Source: Sporopachydermia quercuum (lineage: Eukaryota). From it: DNA of 64,000 nt. A program made the translations under genes and the position numbers. The stretch is taken from the NCBI GenBank assembly GCA_001599295.1, contig BCGN01000001.1, forward strand, positions 1,426,001-1,490,000. The letters run 5' to 3'. Every line of letters starts with the position of its first letter. Position 1 is the first letter of the stretch. Below, piece after piece: positions 24,400 to 36,880 of the stretch. The notes under the pieces were generated by a model. It was given only the letters and a program-made list of their open reading frames with translations. It was not told where the DNA came from and did no database searches.

Positions 24400-25007
24400 T
24401 TCAATACTTCACTCTACCCTCCAAACTGAAAATGGTGCTAACTAAAAGAACCAATAGCAAGTATATAGAAGAAGATCTATTATAATATAATTATATTGTT
24501 CATAGGAGTATCATGCTGTTTTCCTTCTTCACACAGATATTACTGATTAAATTTTGTAGTTTTCTCAAGACCTCAACACAAACAATGTAGACCCTTAGGT
24601 GATTTGGTGCATTTGAAAGAGGGTCTGACTAGGTATGTCCCATCAGTAAATTGTTGAACATCTCGCCCCCTGATATCAGACAGTAGATTTCATTAGATTG
24701 TGTTGGAATGAATACATATATGTAAGTGTAATGAGTGAGTGTTAAGATGTTAGAGAAGCTCAAGCTGACAATTGAATAATAATTGCAAGAACGACCACTA
24801 AGGCAAATACTTAAGAAGCAGAGTCCAGGTTGTAGATAGAAATCTGCATCAAGCTAAATGCTTCAAAAAAGGTCAATTAGTGAAGGAAAATGATAGATGA
24901 GCGCAGTACATTCAATCGAAGACCCCATTGATGAATAGCTGGATGGAGCCGAATATTGAATTATCTTAGGAAGATCATCGAAAGACTGTATTGAATTGTC
25001 GCCCAAG

Positions 25008-28000
25008 ATGGAACAGTGGCATGAAGTATGTGAAACTGACTCAATTGACATGAAGAAATGCTTGTATCTACGTTAGTAGTTGAATTCATATTAACACATT
25101 TGTATCTCTTTCCTATAGATAGCCGCATTCGCTGCTCGACAATCTGGTGATTACGTTTCACCATATGGAGCAGAAGTCACAAGTCTAATATTTGATTCTT
25201 ATAGTGATCTTTTATGGACCGGTGACGCAGAAGTAAGTTAAAATCTGAGATTCACTCTATTGGGCCATCTGTCATCCTTATATGATGAACTGATATGCGA
25301 TTGGAACAAGCCAACAACATAATGTATCGAACTAACCTATTTTTCTCCAGGGAAGAGTTATCTCATATATAGGCAAATCATTCAGTCCGTATACCAAATT
25401 TAGACCTCGTACGAATGCAACGCTTCAGTTTCTTACTAGTCCTAAAGGTATTGTGTCTATAGGTTACGATTCAGTTACATTATCTAATAGAAGAGGATTT
25501 GCTAAAGTCAATGTACAAGATGAATCATTAAAAGACCTCCGATGTATGTCATTTCTGAGAAATTCGTTCTCCGATGTTTATGTTGCGGGAGGGGGTGGCC
25601 GCATATCATTGGTAGATCTTGATAGAGTTTCTGTTACAACAAAAGTTGAGTATCCTCATATTGCATCTAAGATTGCCAGCTGTAATAGGTATTTAGTAGT
25701 TGGGCGCGATGATGGGATGCTTGATGTACTTGATCCTAGAGTTTTTGGATCTCAAACCGTTAAATCGATTCAAGCACACGGAGGAAAATTATCTGATATG
25801 GATGCCAATGACAATCTTGTTCTAACTTGTGGTATGGCTAGAAGAAACAACTCTACTTACCTCAGAGATCCATTAGTAGGGCTATTTGATTTACGAATGT
25901 TGAAACCATTACCTCCTATCCCATTCTCTGCTGGTCCAGCATTCGTGAGATTATTCCCCAAAATGACTTCCTACTGTGTGGTTGCTTCGGAAACAGGTCA
26001 ACTCCATGTTTTAGATATAATGAATCAAGCAAATGTTATAATATCTCAAATGCCCCTAACTCCTGATCCTACAATTGGAACTGGTATTGCTCAAGGAAGC
26101 TATTTAAAAGGCATGGAAATAAGTCCTAATGGTGAATTCCTTGCTTTCCGTGATGGGTTCAATGTTGTTCATTTATGGGGTAAGGATGAAAAGAAGGATA
26201 TGTGTGTATATCCATCACCACTAGAATATCCTAGTATGCCACAAGAGAATAATCCACCTGTACCAATTAATTCTAATGTTCCTTTAAATTCTGTGGGTAT
26301 GCCTTACTATAAAGAGGCATTACTATCATCATGGCCCTATAATATCAAAGCTAATAGCTTTCAACCAACAAGACAGATCGATCCTCAAATACTGAAATCC
26401 ATGAAGACTGTTGATTTCATAGGCTATGCAGCATACGACCCAAAGAAATATGGCTGTAGAAATCAAGCAATTGACATTAAGAAGTATATTCGTCAGAAAA
26501 CAAAGATCGACGATATTCCCAAGTTCAAGAGTCAGAAGAATAAGTCTAATAATCTAGACGGAAAAGGTAAGCCAGGGTTTAATAATGAAGAGTCTGAATA
26601 TGAATTACTATCTAAAACATTCTTTGGTGATGATTTGCCTTTACTACAAAGAAACAGTATAAGGAAACCAATCGTCAATAGACAAAAAGGTCCTGGGGAT
26701 CTTGATGTGTCTAAAGTATCGTCATCTACCATATCAACAACTAATAACGAAGTCGAAGTGATAGTACCAAGTTCTTATAAGAAGCTAGAAATACTTTATA
26801 GCAGATTTGGGGTTGAGGATTTTGATTTTGATTTCTACAATCAAACTAAGCATTCAGGCTTAGAGACTCATGTTGAAAACTCATATTCCAATTCACTTAT
26901 TCAACTATACAGATTTAGCTCCATTATGTTTAATTACTGTCTCGATCAACTTGTTGAAGAAAACTTAAATGAGAAAAGTCTTTTGACTCAATTAGGCTAT
27001 TTATTCGATATGCTTCTGAAAGGCAATGGAAGACATTGCCGATCAAGCAATTTTCAAAATGTTTTCTGTTCGGTTAGTCAGGCTAAAGCATTAAGGCTAC
27101 TGGACGATGAAGCCGATGAGCAAATTAATAAAACTGAGCTTATTCATTCTTTCAACAGGTTTTTGTTGGATAGACTTGCATATGATGAGAACGCATTTAA
27201 AGGCAATAGTGACCAGTTTGATGCAATATCAGGAATGAAGACTAATTCAATCAGCTACTGTATGACTTGTAAACGACATACTACTAAACAATCAACAATA
27301 TATTCTATTGATTTAACTACGGTGGGTGGTGTTTATAGTACATTTATTTCTCCGACTGATTCGAAAGAAACTGTCACAATTCCAGCATTATCAGAATATT
27401 TGAATACTGCTTTCAACAAAAAGTCAACAACAAGAGGTTGGTGTGAACACTGCAAAAAATATCAAATGTTGTCGCATACTAGAAAAATCAATAACTTACC
27501 TAAATTGCTATCTTGTAACATAAATTTGAGTGACAATGAATTGAATCTATTAAGACTTTCCTCAGATGATGTCTCATGGATACCATTAGAATTTGAAGCA
27601 GGAATAAAGAATGAAGAAGTTGTTGTATTCAATCCTAACCAACATATTAAAGGTATTAATGGACTTAACGAACGATACACTTACGAACTTGTGGGTTATG
27701 TTGCAGAAATAGAAGGAGAAATGGATTCAAAGAGAGATCAGCATCTTATTTCGTTCATTCGTATAAAAGAAGATGATGAAACAGTACAGTTTTATATGTT
27801 CAACGATTTCTTAGTTAAACCAATAAGTGAAGAAGAGGCGCTGAAGCTTGATTTATCGTGGAAAACACCATCAATTTTTGTCTATGAGAGAAAAGACTGT
27901 ATTCCGGAACCATTCCAGATTGAAAAATACAGGGAAAAACTTGATACGTCGATATTGTATCGAGATAATTTGATAGAATCTTTGAGACATCAATGTCAAA

Positions 28001-28704
28001 TTGAATATGAGCTTTTAACAAAAGAAGAGGCACCAAAGCCAGGTACATTGATTGCTATTGATGCTGAATTCGTCTGCACAAGGCTTGAAGAAGCTGAAAT
28101 TCGATCAGATGGCACCAAATCGATTATCAGACCTCGGAAATTAGCTTTGGCCCGTGTATCAGTATTGAGAGCTGATTTAAGTTCTGAAAAGGCTAACAAA
28201 TTCGCAGTTCCTTTTATTGATGATTATATTGCAATAGATATTCCTGTGATTGACTATCTAACAAGTTTTTCTGGTATAGAGCCTGGTGACCTTGATCCTA
28301 ATACAAGTACCAAGTCTTTGGTTTCAATGAACACAGCCTATAGGAGATTATGGTTGTTATTGAATCTTGGATGTGTTTTCATTGGTCATAGTTTGGTCAA
28401 TGATTTCCGAACAATCAATATAATGGTGCCACCATCACAGGTTAGAGATACAGCTGATTTGTTCTACATCAAAAAGTATAAGAGGACTCTATCACTGAAG
28501 TTCTTAACATACATGCTGTTAGATGGTGAGCAAATTCAAATGGGCAATCATGATTCAATTGAAGATGCTAGATCGACTCTAATGATTTATAAGAAGTATT
28601 TGGAGCTAATTCGAAGCGGAGAATTTGAAGATGTGTTGGAAAATATATACTATTTTGGCCAATCTCTTAAGTTCAGGCCACCCCCCACCGCAAAGAAACA
28701 ATGA
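25008..28704 (+). CDS. PAN2: Pan2 deadenylase (WD40, pseudo-UCH, DEDD exonuclease), 3 exons
   Basis: Exons 25008-25025 (MEQWHE), 25119-25232, 25351-28704 join in frame. YSRFGVEDFDF, AIDAEFV, DYLTSFSGI and HDSIEDA motifs. Confidence 0.95.
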
Positions 28705-28920
28705 TAGTTGGAAAGGTTTATATTTTCAATCATGAGCATAATAGCGAGCATGGTGACAATAATAGAGCATTTTATAGATTTGTTACTGTAGATGTTGACA
28801 ATAGTTGGTGATCTAATATTTTTATCCCACGTCTGCCGTAAAGTATATACCCTAACTAATGATGTGTGCAATATTGCATAGTTATCACTTGAATTCGCTA
28901 GTATTATAACGTATAATACG

Positions 28921-29517
28921 TTAGTCTTGAAAGGACTTATCTAATATGTAATATGAGGGCTTCAGAGTCCTCCCTGATCTCAACTGAGTATCCATAGGGG
29001 AATGTGATGCGTAAGTGAACCCTTGTTTCACATACCAATTGAATGCAACTTCGTTACCAGAAAACACAGTTAACATCAATGACTTTAAGTCAGGTTTCAG
29101 ACTTTTCTTGATCTCAATTCCGCTTGAATATAATGCATCCATCAGAATCTTGCCAATTGATTTGTTCTGGTATTCACGTGCCAATTGGATTTCATACAAA
29201 TAAATTGTCTCCTGTTCATTTTCTTTGGTAATCATAAAACTAGTAAATCCTGCTAACGATTCTGGCCATTTGCTGGATAACTTTGGGTAAACTAATGTAT
29301 ATACTAATCCCTTATCATTCATTTCAACCAACTTATCCAGCTTCCAATTCTTTCCATATAACGAGGAATAGAGGGATCCAAGGTTATTATCCAAAATGTT
29401 CAAACAACTGCGAAGCTCATTTTCATCTAGTTCTCCTACTGGTTTTACATCAATTTCAAATTGATCATTTAATTTCGTGTTAGAGAACTCGCGTTCGAAA
29501 ACGTTTAGAAACCCCAT
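28921..29517 (-). CDS. NAT4: N-alpha-acetyltransferase Nat4/Naa40 (histone H4/H2A)
   Basis: GNAT fold with IYLYEIQL..YQNKSIGKILM, LTVFSGN..A..WY...GF and YYIL motifs. First ATG at 29517. Confidence 0.88.
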   Translation of the reverse strand: MGFLNVFEREFSNTKLNDQFEIDVKPVGELDENELRSCLNILDNNLGSLYSSLYGKNWKLDKLVEMNDKGLVYTLVYPKLSSKWPESLAGFTSFMITKENEQETIYLYEIQLAREYQNKSIGKILMDALYSSGIEIKKSLKPDLKSLMLTVFSGNEVAFNWYVKQGFTYASHSPMDTQLRSGRTLKPSYYILDKSFQD

Positions 29518-29965
29518 AAGCAGAATAAATCCAAAAGTAATTGTATACTCACAGAGTATATTCTGCGAGATGAGCAATATGATGTAGCAATATTTTCTAT
29601 TTCTATAGCAACTTTCTCTCAACTACGTCCATTCAAAGGTAACGTATTCTCAAGCGGTAAATCTAGTTACTCTGACTCTATAAAAGTAAGAATAAATAGT
29701 TGTATGTTAATGAGTACAGAGAGATAAATTACAGGAAACTTCTGCAGATCATCTTGATATCTTGATAGACAAACTCAGCCTGGACCCTATCGCGATGTGT
29801 ATTGTACTTATTAACTGATTACCTAATATTGAAGCACTTGACACATAACATTAGATCTCATCTCATAAAATAAATCCTCTTCCTTATGCTTCAGGTCTCA
29901 TTTCATATCTTTACCCGGCTGTTCACGGGACTTTCACCTTCCGAATTTAGAACAGTATACAAAAA

Positions 29966-30068
29966 GAAAAAATTTTTATTATGTATGAGAGGAAAAAATG
30001 GAATAAGGAAAAGATAATGCGATGATTAACAGTAATTAAATGATAGTTACTTCTATCGAGGCAATGAG
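29966..30068 (+). promoter_or_regulatory. RRPE-like and degenerate PAC-like elements upstream of NOG1
   Basis: GAAAAAATTTTT at 29966-29977, GCGATGAT at 30019-30026 and GCAATGAG at 30061-30068. This fits a ribosome-biogenesis promoter, but both PAC matches are imperfect. Confidence 0.4.
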
Positions 30069-30362
30069 TTAGACGGTTTTTCTTTATGTTCTGCTACTGT
30101 TTTACACTGATATAGCAGTAGGAAAGTGGCACATCAAAGGTTTGTAACATAAATTTAATCTTTATCTGCCGAATCAGTTATTCCTTTATTGTTACTGTCT
30201 CTGTTTCTTCTTCTAGGTGAGATCACAAGCAATTCTAACAAATAAGAATCGATTTGATTTGATCATAGTGTGCAAATACAAGTGATACACCTGAATATTG
30301 AATCGGCAATCAAGGATTATTGTTGGAATAGATAGGAAAGTGTAGAAGAATTGGAAGTAACG

Positions 30363-32414
30363 ATGCAGCTCTCTTGGAAGGACATTCCGGTTGTTCCAAC
30401 CGCCCCAGAGTAAGTATTTCACAAGTAGACAGCTGCACAGACAGTATAATCTTATGATAGCATGAAAGATTAGAAGAAACTGTTGTTAACAGTTGCTTCA
30501 TGAAACAGATTTACTAACATTGATAATAGTTGTCTGGATATTGTTTTGAACAGAACTCAAAGAAAAACTCCAACAGTTATTCGACCTGGTTTCAAGATTT
30601 CAAGAATCCGAGCATTTTATATGAGAAAGGTCAGATTTACCGCTGACGGATTTTGCGAGAAATTTGAAGAACTTGTTGAAGGATTTCCCAAGATTGACGA
30701 AATTCATCCATTCTACAGAGATTTGATGGATACATTATATGAGAAGAATCATTATAAAATCTCTTTGGCTTCAATCTCTAGAGCCAAGTCATTAATTGAG
30801 CAAGTTTCTCGTGATTATGTTCGTTTATTGAAGTTTGGGCAATCATTGTTTCAATGTAAACAATTAAAGCGTGCAGCTCTTGGTCGTATGGCTACAATCG
30901 TTAAGAAATTAAAAGATCCTTTACAATACTTAGAGCAAGTTAGACAACATTTGGGTCGTCTTCCATCTATTGATCCTAACACTCGTACTTTATTGATCTG
31001 CGGTTATCCAAACGTCGGTAAATCATCATTCTTGAAATGTATTACCAGAGCTGATGTTGATGTTCAACCTTATGCTTTCACAACGAAATCTTTATATGTT
31101 GGTCATTTTGATTACAAATATTTACGTTTCCAAGCTATTGATACTCCAGGTATCTTAGATCGACCTACAGATGAAATGAACAATATTGAAATGCAATCTA
31201 TTTATGCTATTGCTCATATTAGATCAACTGTTTTATATTTTATGGATTTGTCTGAACAGTGTGGGTTTTCTATTGAAGCTCAAGTCAAATTATTCAATTC
31301 TATTAAGCCTCTGTTTGCTAATAAATCAGTCATTGTTGTGATAAACAAAATTGATATTGTTAGACCTGAAGATCTTACTGAAGACAGACAAGAATTATTG
31401 AAAGAAATTACTGAAACTGCTGGTGTTGAGATCATGCAATTATCTTGTCACGAAGAAGAAGGTATTATGGATGTTAGAAACAAAGCTTGTGAGAAGTTAT
31501 TAGCTTCTAGAATTGAACAAAAATTAAAGGGTACTTCAAGAGTGAATAATGTTTTGAACAAGATTCACGTTTCCAAACCTCAACCTCGCGATGATATTGT
31601 TAGAGAACCATATATTCCTGAAGAGATCAAGGCCTTAAAGAAGTACAGTATTGATGATCCTGAAAGAAGAAAATTAGCTAGAGATATTGAGGCAGAAAAT
31701 GGTGGTGCCGGTGTATACAATATCAATCTTAAAGACAAGTATTTGTTGGAAGACGATGAATGGAAAAACGACATTATGCCTGAAATGCTTGATGGTAAGA
31801 ATGTTTATGATTTCTTTGATGCTGACATTGCTGAGAAGTTGAAACAGCTTGAGGAAGAAGAAGAAAGACTTGAAGCAGAAGGATTTTATGAATCTGATGA
31901 AGAAATTGACGATGATGAAGCGCTTGATATCAAAGAGAAAGCTGAGTGGATTCGTAATAAACAAAAGGTAATGAGGAATGCTGCTAGATCCAAGAAGGCT
32001 CTTAAGAATAGGGCGTTGATTCCTAGAAAGCAAACCAAAAAGTCCTTGGCCGAAATGGAAGATCATCTGGAGTCTATCGGTGCATCTACATCTATCGTTG
32101 AAAAGAAACGGAAAGCCGCTGTACTTAAAAGAAGAACAAGAGCCAGTGGTGCTGATGTTGTTATGGATGAATCTACTGAAGCTGAATCAACTCTTAGTGG
32201 TAATGCTGTTGTACCTAAGTATCAAGCCAATAAATACACTAATGGTGTAAGTGATGAAAATATGAGAAGCAGATCAGAAAGATTGAAGAAGATATCTCAA
32301 AGGGAACGTAATAGAAATGCTAGAGTTGGTGAAGCTGATCGTCATCAAACTGTAGCTCTTCCAAAACATTTGTTTTCAGGTAAACGGAAAATGGGTACTA
32401 ATGATTTCCGTTAG
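30363..32414 (+). CDS. NOG1: Nucleolar GTP-binding protein Nog1, 2 exons
   Basis: Exons 30363-30409 and 30530-32414 give MQLSWKDIPVVPTAPDCLDIVLNRTQRKTPT. GYPNVGKS, DTPG, NKID and C-terminal PKHLFSGKR motifs. Confidence 0.97.
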
Positions 32415-33099
32415 ATTGGGGGTTTTTTGTTATATTGTTTAGTATTTCTTTACATATCTTATAATGGTTCTTTCTTTATCTTTTACATCAATTTTGTCTT
32501 CATTTGCATATAGTCTTCATGTTGTTTGACATTGGGAAGATTGATTGTTTGTCATATCTTCTTTATTCGCTCTTGTATTATGTGAAAGTTTTACAATTAT
32601 ATCTCGGTTTGGCACCATATATTTTGTTAATACTTACTAGACTTGAATTTGTAAGAATAATCAAAGCTAAAGCACATCTCAGTTAACACAAAATAGTACT
32701 ATTTGTGTATTTGTAGTATTTACACATATAAGAGAGAAGAATCAAATCATATAGTACAAGATCTATTGCACAGGCGAAAAAAATACATACACATATATAC
32801 ATTGACTTGAAGAACTGAAGTATAACATTATTCAAGTTCATTCCTAAATACCAATAATTGAATAGACACAGTCTCATCAATAACGGTATAGATATTAATT
32901 ATTTTTGACATGTTTTTGGCAGTCGTTTTAATTTGCTTTGGAAGTGAGTTCTAACAACTTTTTTGAACTGAGGGTCTTCCTGATCCATAATTTGATGTCC
33001 AAGACGTTATGTATGGTCATTTATTAGATAAAGGTAACAGTGGCTAAACTTATTCTATCAGCAGCCGGTATTAATCGTTGAAGGTACAGTTAGCACTTA

Positions 33100-35367
33100 T
33101 TATGCTTTGGGTGCCTTAACTGTAGCCTCGTTGGGTGTAGTTAATGAGTTTCGTTTACTAGCCAACTTCGGTTCATGATTCAGTGATGCAGATGATCCTC
33201 TTCTCGATTGCACTGAAGATTGATCACCTGATGCCCTTCCAGTATCTGATTTTTGATTTGTAAGATTAGACCGTGGGCCGAATTGCATATGTTGTTGATA
33301 ATTATCACCATGATGAGCAATTGCTTTGAGATGTTGTCTGAACCCATCATACGCTTTAGTTAAGAGCATAGATCCAAATCTAATAGATTGTGTATCATCA
33401 GAAATGCCATTCAAATAGCTAGGGTCAGACGCTAAGTCCATTACACCGGAATAATTCGATTCCGAGTCAAACTTGAATCTATCATTCAGACGATCCATTA
33501 TCCATGGATCAGCCAAATCATTTATTGAAATACAATGGTCATCAAGTTTCTCCTTTACCAAATCTAACGGCTCTTGTCCAATATCTTCAACAACTTTCTC
33601 CTTTACCTCTTCACCAAGAGAGCTCAAATCTAGTAGCTCAGTTATAGGATCTAAATCTGGCTTTTCAACAAGACCTCTTCTATCAAAAAGTATGCGACCA
33701 CCTCTACCAACACGTCTTCTGAATTTTCGAGTCCTGAAAGTGCTTGCTTCCATAAATCCGCCAGAATGTTCTCCTTTTTCTTCCTTCAGTGTAGCGTATT
33801 GTTGCTCTTCGGGAGGGTTAACAGACACTCGGAAAACAATTGGTTTAGGAACCCGAACTTTCTTATCTTCCGGCAGATAATGGGAAGCTTTCAATTGCGG
33901 GTAAAAGTTTGATATGGAAGAAAACGGCACATGTTGATTATCCACAATAGGGTTACGCTCATCGTATAAAAAGAATGGATTGAATGGATCATCAGTAAGG
34001 TTAGTCCAATTTTTATCGATTTCTTTCCTTCTGGCTAACTTCTCGCGCACAATTCTATTGATAGAATCATTCTTTTCTGAAAGAACTTTTTCAACTGTAT
34101 GAAGTTCCAAATCGGGAATTTTAGAGGCAGGCAAGCGAAGATACGCATGTAATGATCCACTACTAGGAGTATGACCACTGTGAACCGAGACAGGCTTACC
34201 ATTAAGTCCAGCTTTGAGTGCGACTGCTTGTTGCGACAAACTACCATCTTTAGTTGAGCCATTAACGGTAGCAGCAGCTTCACTGGTTTCATCAATTTTA
34301 CGTTTCTTGTGAGCAACCAGATCTTCATCATCTCCCTTGATATTAAGATTCCGTTTCAATTCTTTAATGTAATATCGATGAGAGAAGATATTCCATTCGG
34401 CTTGAAGACATTCGCTTCGATTATATTCACGTTTGGCAACCAGTTCAACGAGTTTTCTGGCAGCTTCGAGTTCTACTTGAAGTTTTCGAAGACGCTCTGG
34501 ATTTTGAAGATCGTTTCTTCTTGTTTTACGAGCAGCACGAAACTCTCTTCTTCTGAAGCAAACATAAGGATCACTGTCATCTTTTTCATTATCTTCAAAA
34601 CGAAGAGTAGGAAAAATTGATTTGCCTCCTCTTTCGATTTTTCTCTTTTTCCAGTGAGAATATATTGTTTCACCATATAGATTGAAAATCTCTATGAATT
34701 TCCGCTTAGTTCTTGGTTTAGATGTTATTATAGTGGTGAAGTTGGGTATCGTTTCTTCTAGTTTCAGTAAGAAATCGTTGGAATATTCTCCATCTCTGAA
34801 AGGCCTTTGCAATGATTCTAAAACGTATGTTTTCAGTTCCTCGAAAGACAGAATGTGTGATGGCTCCATAGAAAGAAATGGTTGTTTTTCATTGATAATG
34901 ACTTCATATTTATAACAAATCATTTCAAATTCGTCCTCCGAACATTTCTTTGAGCCAGTCAATTCACTGTTCATCTTGATCAAAAACTCATCATCCTCTT
35001 CATCCAAGTTATATGGACATCCGGAGCAATCCTCTAGAGTTGACGTTGAAGCGGTATAAGTCACCGGCTCATTGTACTTTCCATGGTAAAACTTTTTGAA
35101 CTCATCCCACGTCTTAGAAGCATCTGGAGTTGGAATGTAAATATGTTCAACTTTAGCACCAGCAGCAGCCGCAATAGAAGCGTTAATAGCTGCTTGTAGA
35201 TGATGTTCTTCTTCTTCACCTTTTTCTACACCAGTCTCTATTTGTTGTAATTCACGCTGTTGTTCTTCATCCAAATCAGGAATATCACTTTGCTTGATTA
35301 ACTGAAGCGTTTGTTTGACAGAGATCTTCCTCTGCCTAAATCTAGCTCCAACAGCAGTTGGAGCCAT
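33100..35367 (-). CDS. EPL1: NuA4 subunit Epl1 (Enhancer of polycomb)
   Basis: RFRQRKISVK, ETGVEKGEEEEHHLQ, YIPTPDA, DPYVCFRRRE and RRRVGRGGRILFDR motifs. First ATG at 35367. Confidence 0.95.
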   Translation of the reverse strand: MAPTAVGARFRQRKISVKQTLQLIKQSDIPDLDEEQQRELQQIETGVEKGEEEEHHLQAAINASIAAAAGAKVEHIYIPTPDASKTWDEFKKFYHGKYNEPVTYTASTSTLEDCSGCPYNLDEEDDEFLIKMNSELTGSKKCSEDEFEMICYKYEVIINEKQPFLSMEPSHILSFEELKTYVLESLQRPFRDGEYSNDFLLKLEETIPNFTTIITSKPRTKRKFIEIFNLYGETIYSHWKKRKIERGGKSIFPTLRFEDNEKDDSDPYVCFRRREFRAARKTRRNDLQNPERLRKLQVELEAARKLVELVAKREYNRSECLQAEWNIFSHRYYIKELKRNLNIKGDDEDLVAHKKRKIDETSEAAATVNGSTKDGSLSQQAVALKAGLNGKPVSVHSGHTPSSGSLHAYLRLPASKIPDLELHTVEKVLSEKNDSINRIVREKLARRKEIDKNWTNLTDDPFNPFFLYDERNPIVDNQHVPFSSISNFYPQLKASHYLPEDKKVRVPKPIVFRVSVNPPEEQQYATLKEEKGEHSGGFMEASTFRTRKFRRRVGRGGRILFDRRGLVEKPDLDPITELLDLSSLGEEVKEKVVEDIGQEPLDLVKEKLDDHCISINDLADPWIMDRLNDRFKFDSESNYSGVMDLASDPSYLNGISDDTQSIRFGSMLLTKAYDGFRQHLKAIAHHGDNYQQHMQFGPRSNLTNQKSDTGRASGDQSSVQSRRGSSASLNHEPKLASKRNSLTTPNEATVKAPKA

Positions 35368-36880
35368 AATTGCTAACAAATATGGCTACTTAGAAAAACC
35401 TAAACCGAATTAGGTACCGAATCCAGAACCACCATGAAAACTTTGATTTGATTCTTTTTCTGTGATACAAAAGATTTCAGTTTCCTTATCAAAGCAAATT
35501 ATTATCAGATTATTTAATCATATAAGAATGCAAGTCAAACTGGAAATAATGAAAACACGGAGACTTTAACACCTAGTCACCAGGCTTAGTAGTCCAAATA
35601 ACGGAAAAGATAAGAAAAGTTTTCTTCCTTAGTTTGTCCAACAAGAGAGCAAAGAGCAGGTTTTAAAGGTGCAGAGTGTCGATAAATAAATAATCAAATC
35701 AATGATTATTATTGTTAAAGGCTTTAAAATATCAATACTAATTAAATAATATCAAGCTAGTATTAACATTAATAACCACGAAACAAAAATCCTTCCTTAC
35801 TGGTGTTTGGGGTGAACGTGGATCTTCACTGTGTTCAAATGTCCGGAATTATAGGGGTGGCAACGGCCCAAAAACTCCTAACAAATAATGAATAACTTGG
35901 TTACGCTGGTAACTCAGCCGTTAATAATCAATGTGCGAATAGGAATAACAAATATATCCGTGATATTTACCATTTATTTGAACAATTAGGCCGAAAAATG
36001 GCCTTCTCTTTGATAATATTTTCCCGTTATTTGGTAGCTTGCAATCTCTTGTTTACACCTAACAACCAGACGTTACAATTAGGAGCACTTATTGCCACGC
36101 CAAAGGAAGAAAAGGGTTGGCTATTTGTGTTTATGCATGTTTTCGTAATATGGAAGGAATTCCTTTTCGCACCCGAAATTAATTACATGGAGAAAGACCT
36201 GATGTCACAGCATGACGGGGGTGTTTCTGAAGCTTTAGTAACAGCTGTTCCAGAAAATACACACAGTGCTCCCAGTTTTTGGACATCTTGGGACTTCAGG
36301 TGTGAGTGTGCAAAGTAGAGATACGTTCTTGATTATGTAATCTATAATATTATCTGACAAGTTAGTCACAGAGATATATGAGCTTCTTGGAACTCAATCT
36401 TTTAGATAATGAGGAATAAATTTCAACTTTTAGTGATCAGCTAAACTATTTAAGAATGTATTGTCTTCGTGAATTCAACGCTGCTTTACATTTCACTCAA
36501 GGCCTATGCGGTATTCTCCATTCGATATCAAAAAGTAGTCAACTCAACTCAATTGTAGAACTGATGAATACCATCCAATTCTCTAGCTGGCTGCTTACGC
36601 AATCATCCTGCAACAAACGCAATCATTGCAGAGCTATCAGGGCTTTATTTTACATGTAATCATTGAGTCACAAAGCGCTGAGAACGCTGAGAATTATTCT
36701 TCACCCAAATGCGGAAGTTTCGTTTTGATGGACAACAAATTCAAGCTGGCAAAAAAATCTTTCTTTATTTCTCTTACTTCAACAATGGAAGACTTTAGTT
36801 GAGTTTAATAGTAGGTATATGCTAATTGATTCATCAATCGTTTAATACGAGCATCACTGGATTGAAATCTTATATACAAA

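Noticed and set aside
24931..24969. Alternative PAN2 start MNSWME.. resembling the S. cerevisiae MNNW N-terminus
   Set aside because: No splice donor follows and it ends at TAG after 12 codons. The ATG at 25008 with a GTATGT donor gives a clean model. At most a uORF.
25280..25295. C/D snoRNA in PAN2 intron 2 (ATGATGA..CTGA)
   Set aside because: The boxes are adjacent with no room for a guide, and there is no distal D box.
35998..36659. Small ORFs (106 and 67 aa) between EPL1 and eEF1B-gamma
   Set aside because: No recognisable homology or codon bias, and they lie within a divergent promoter.
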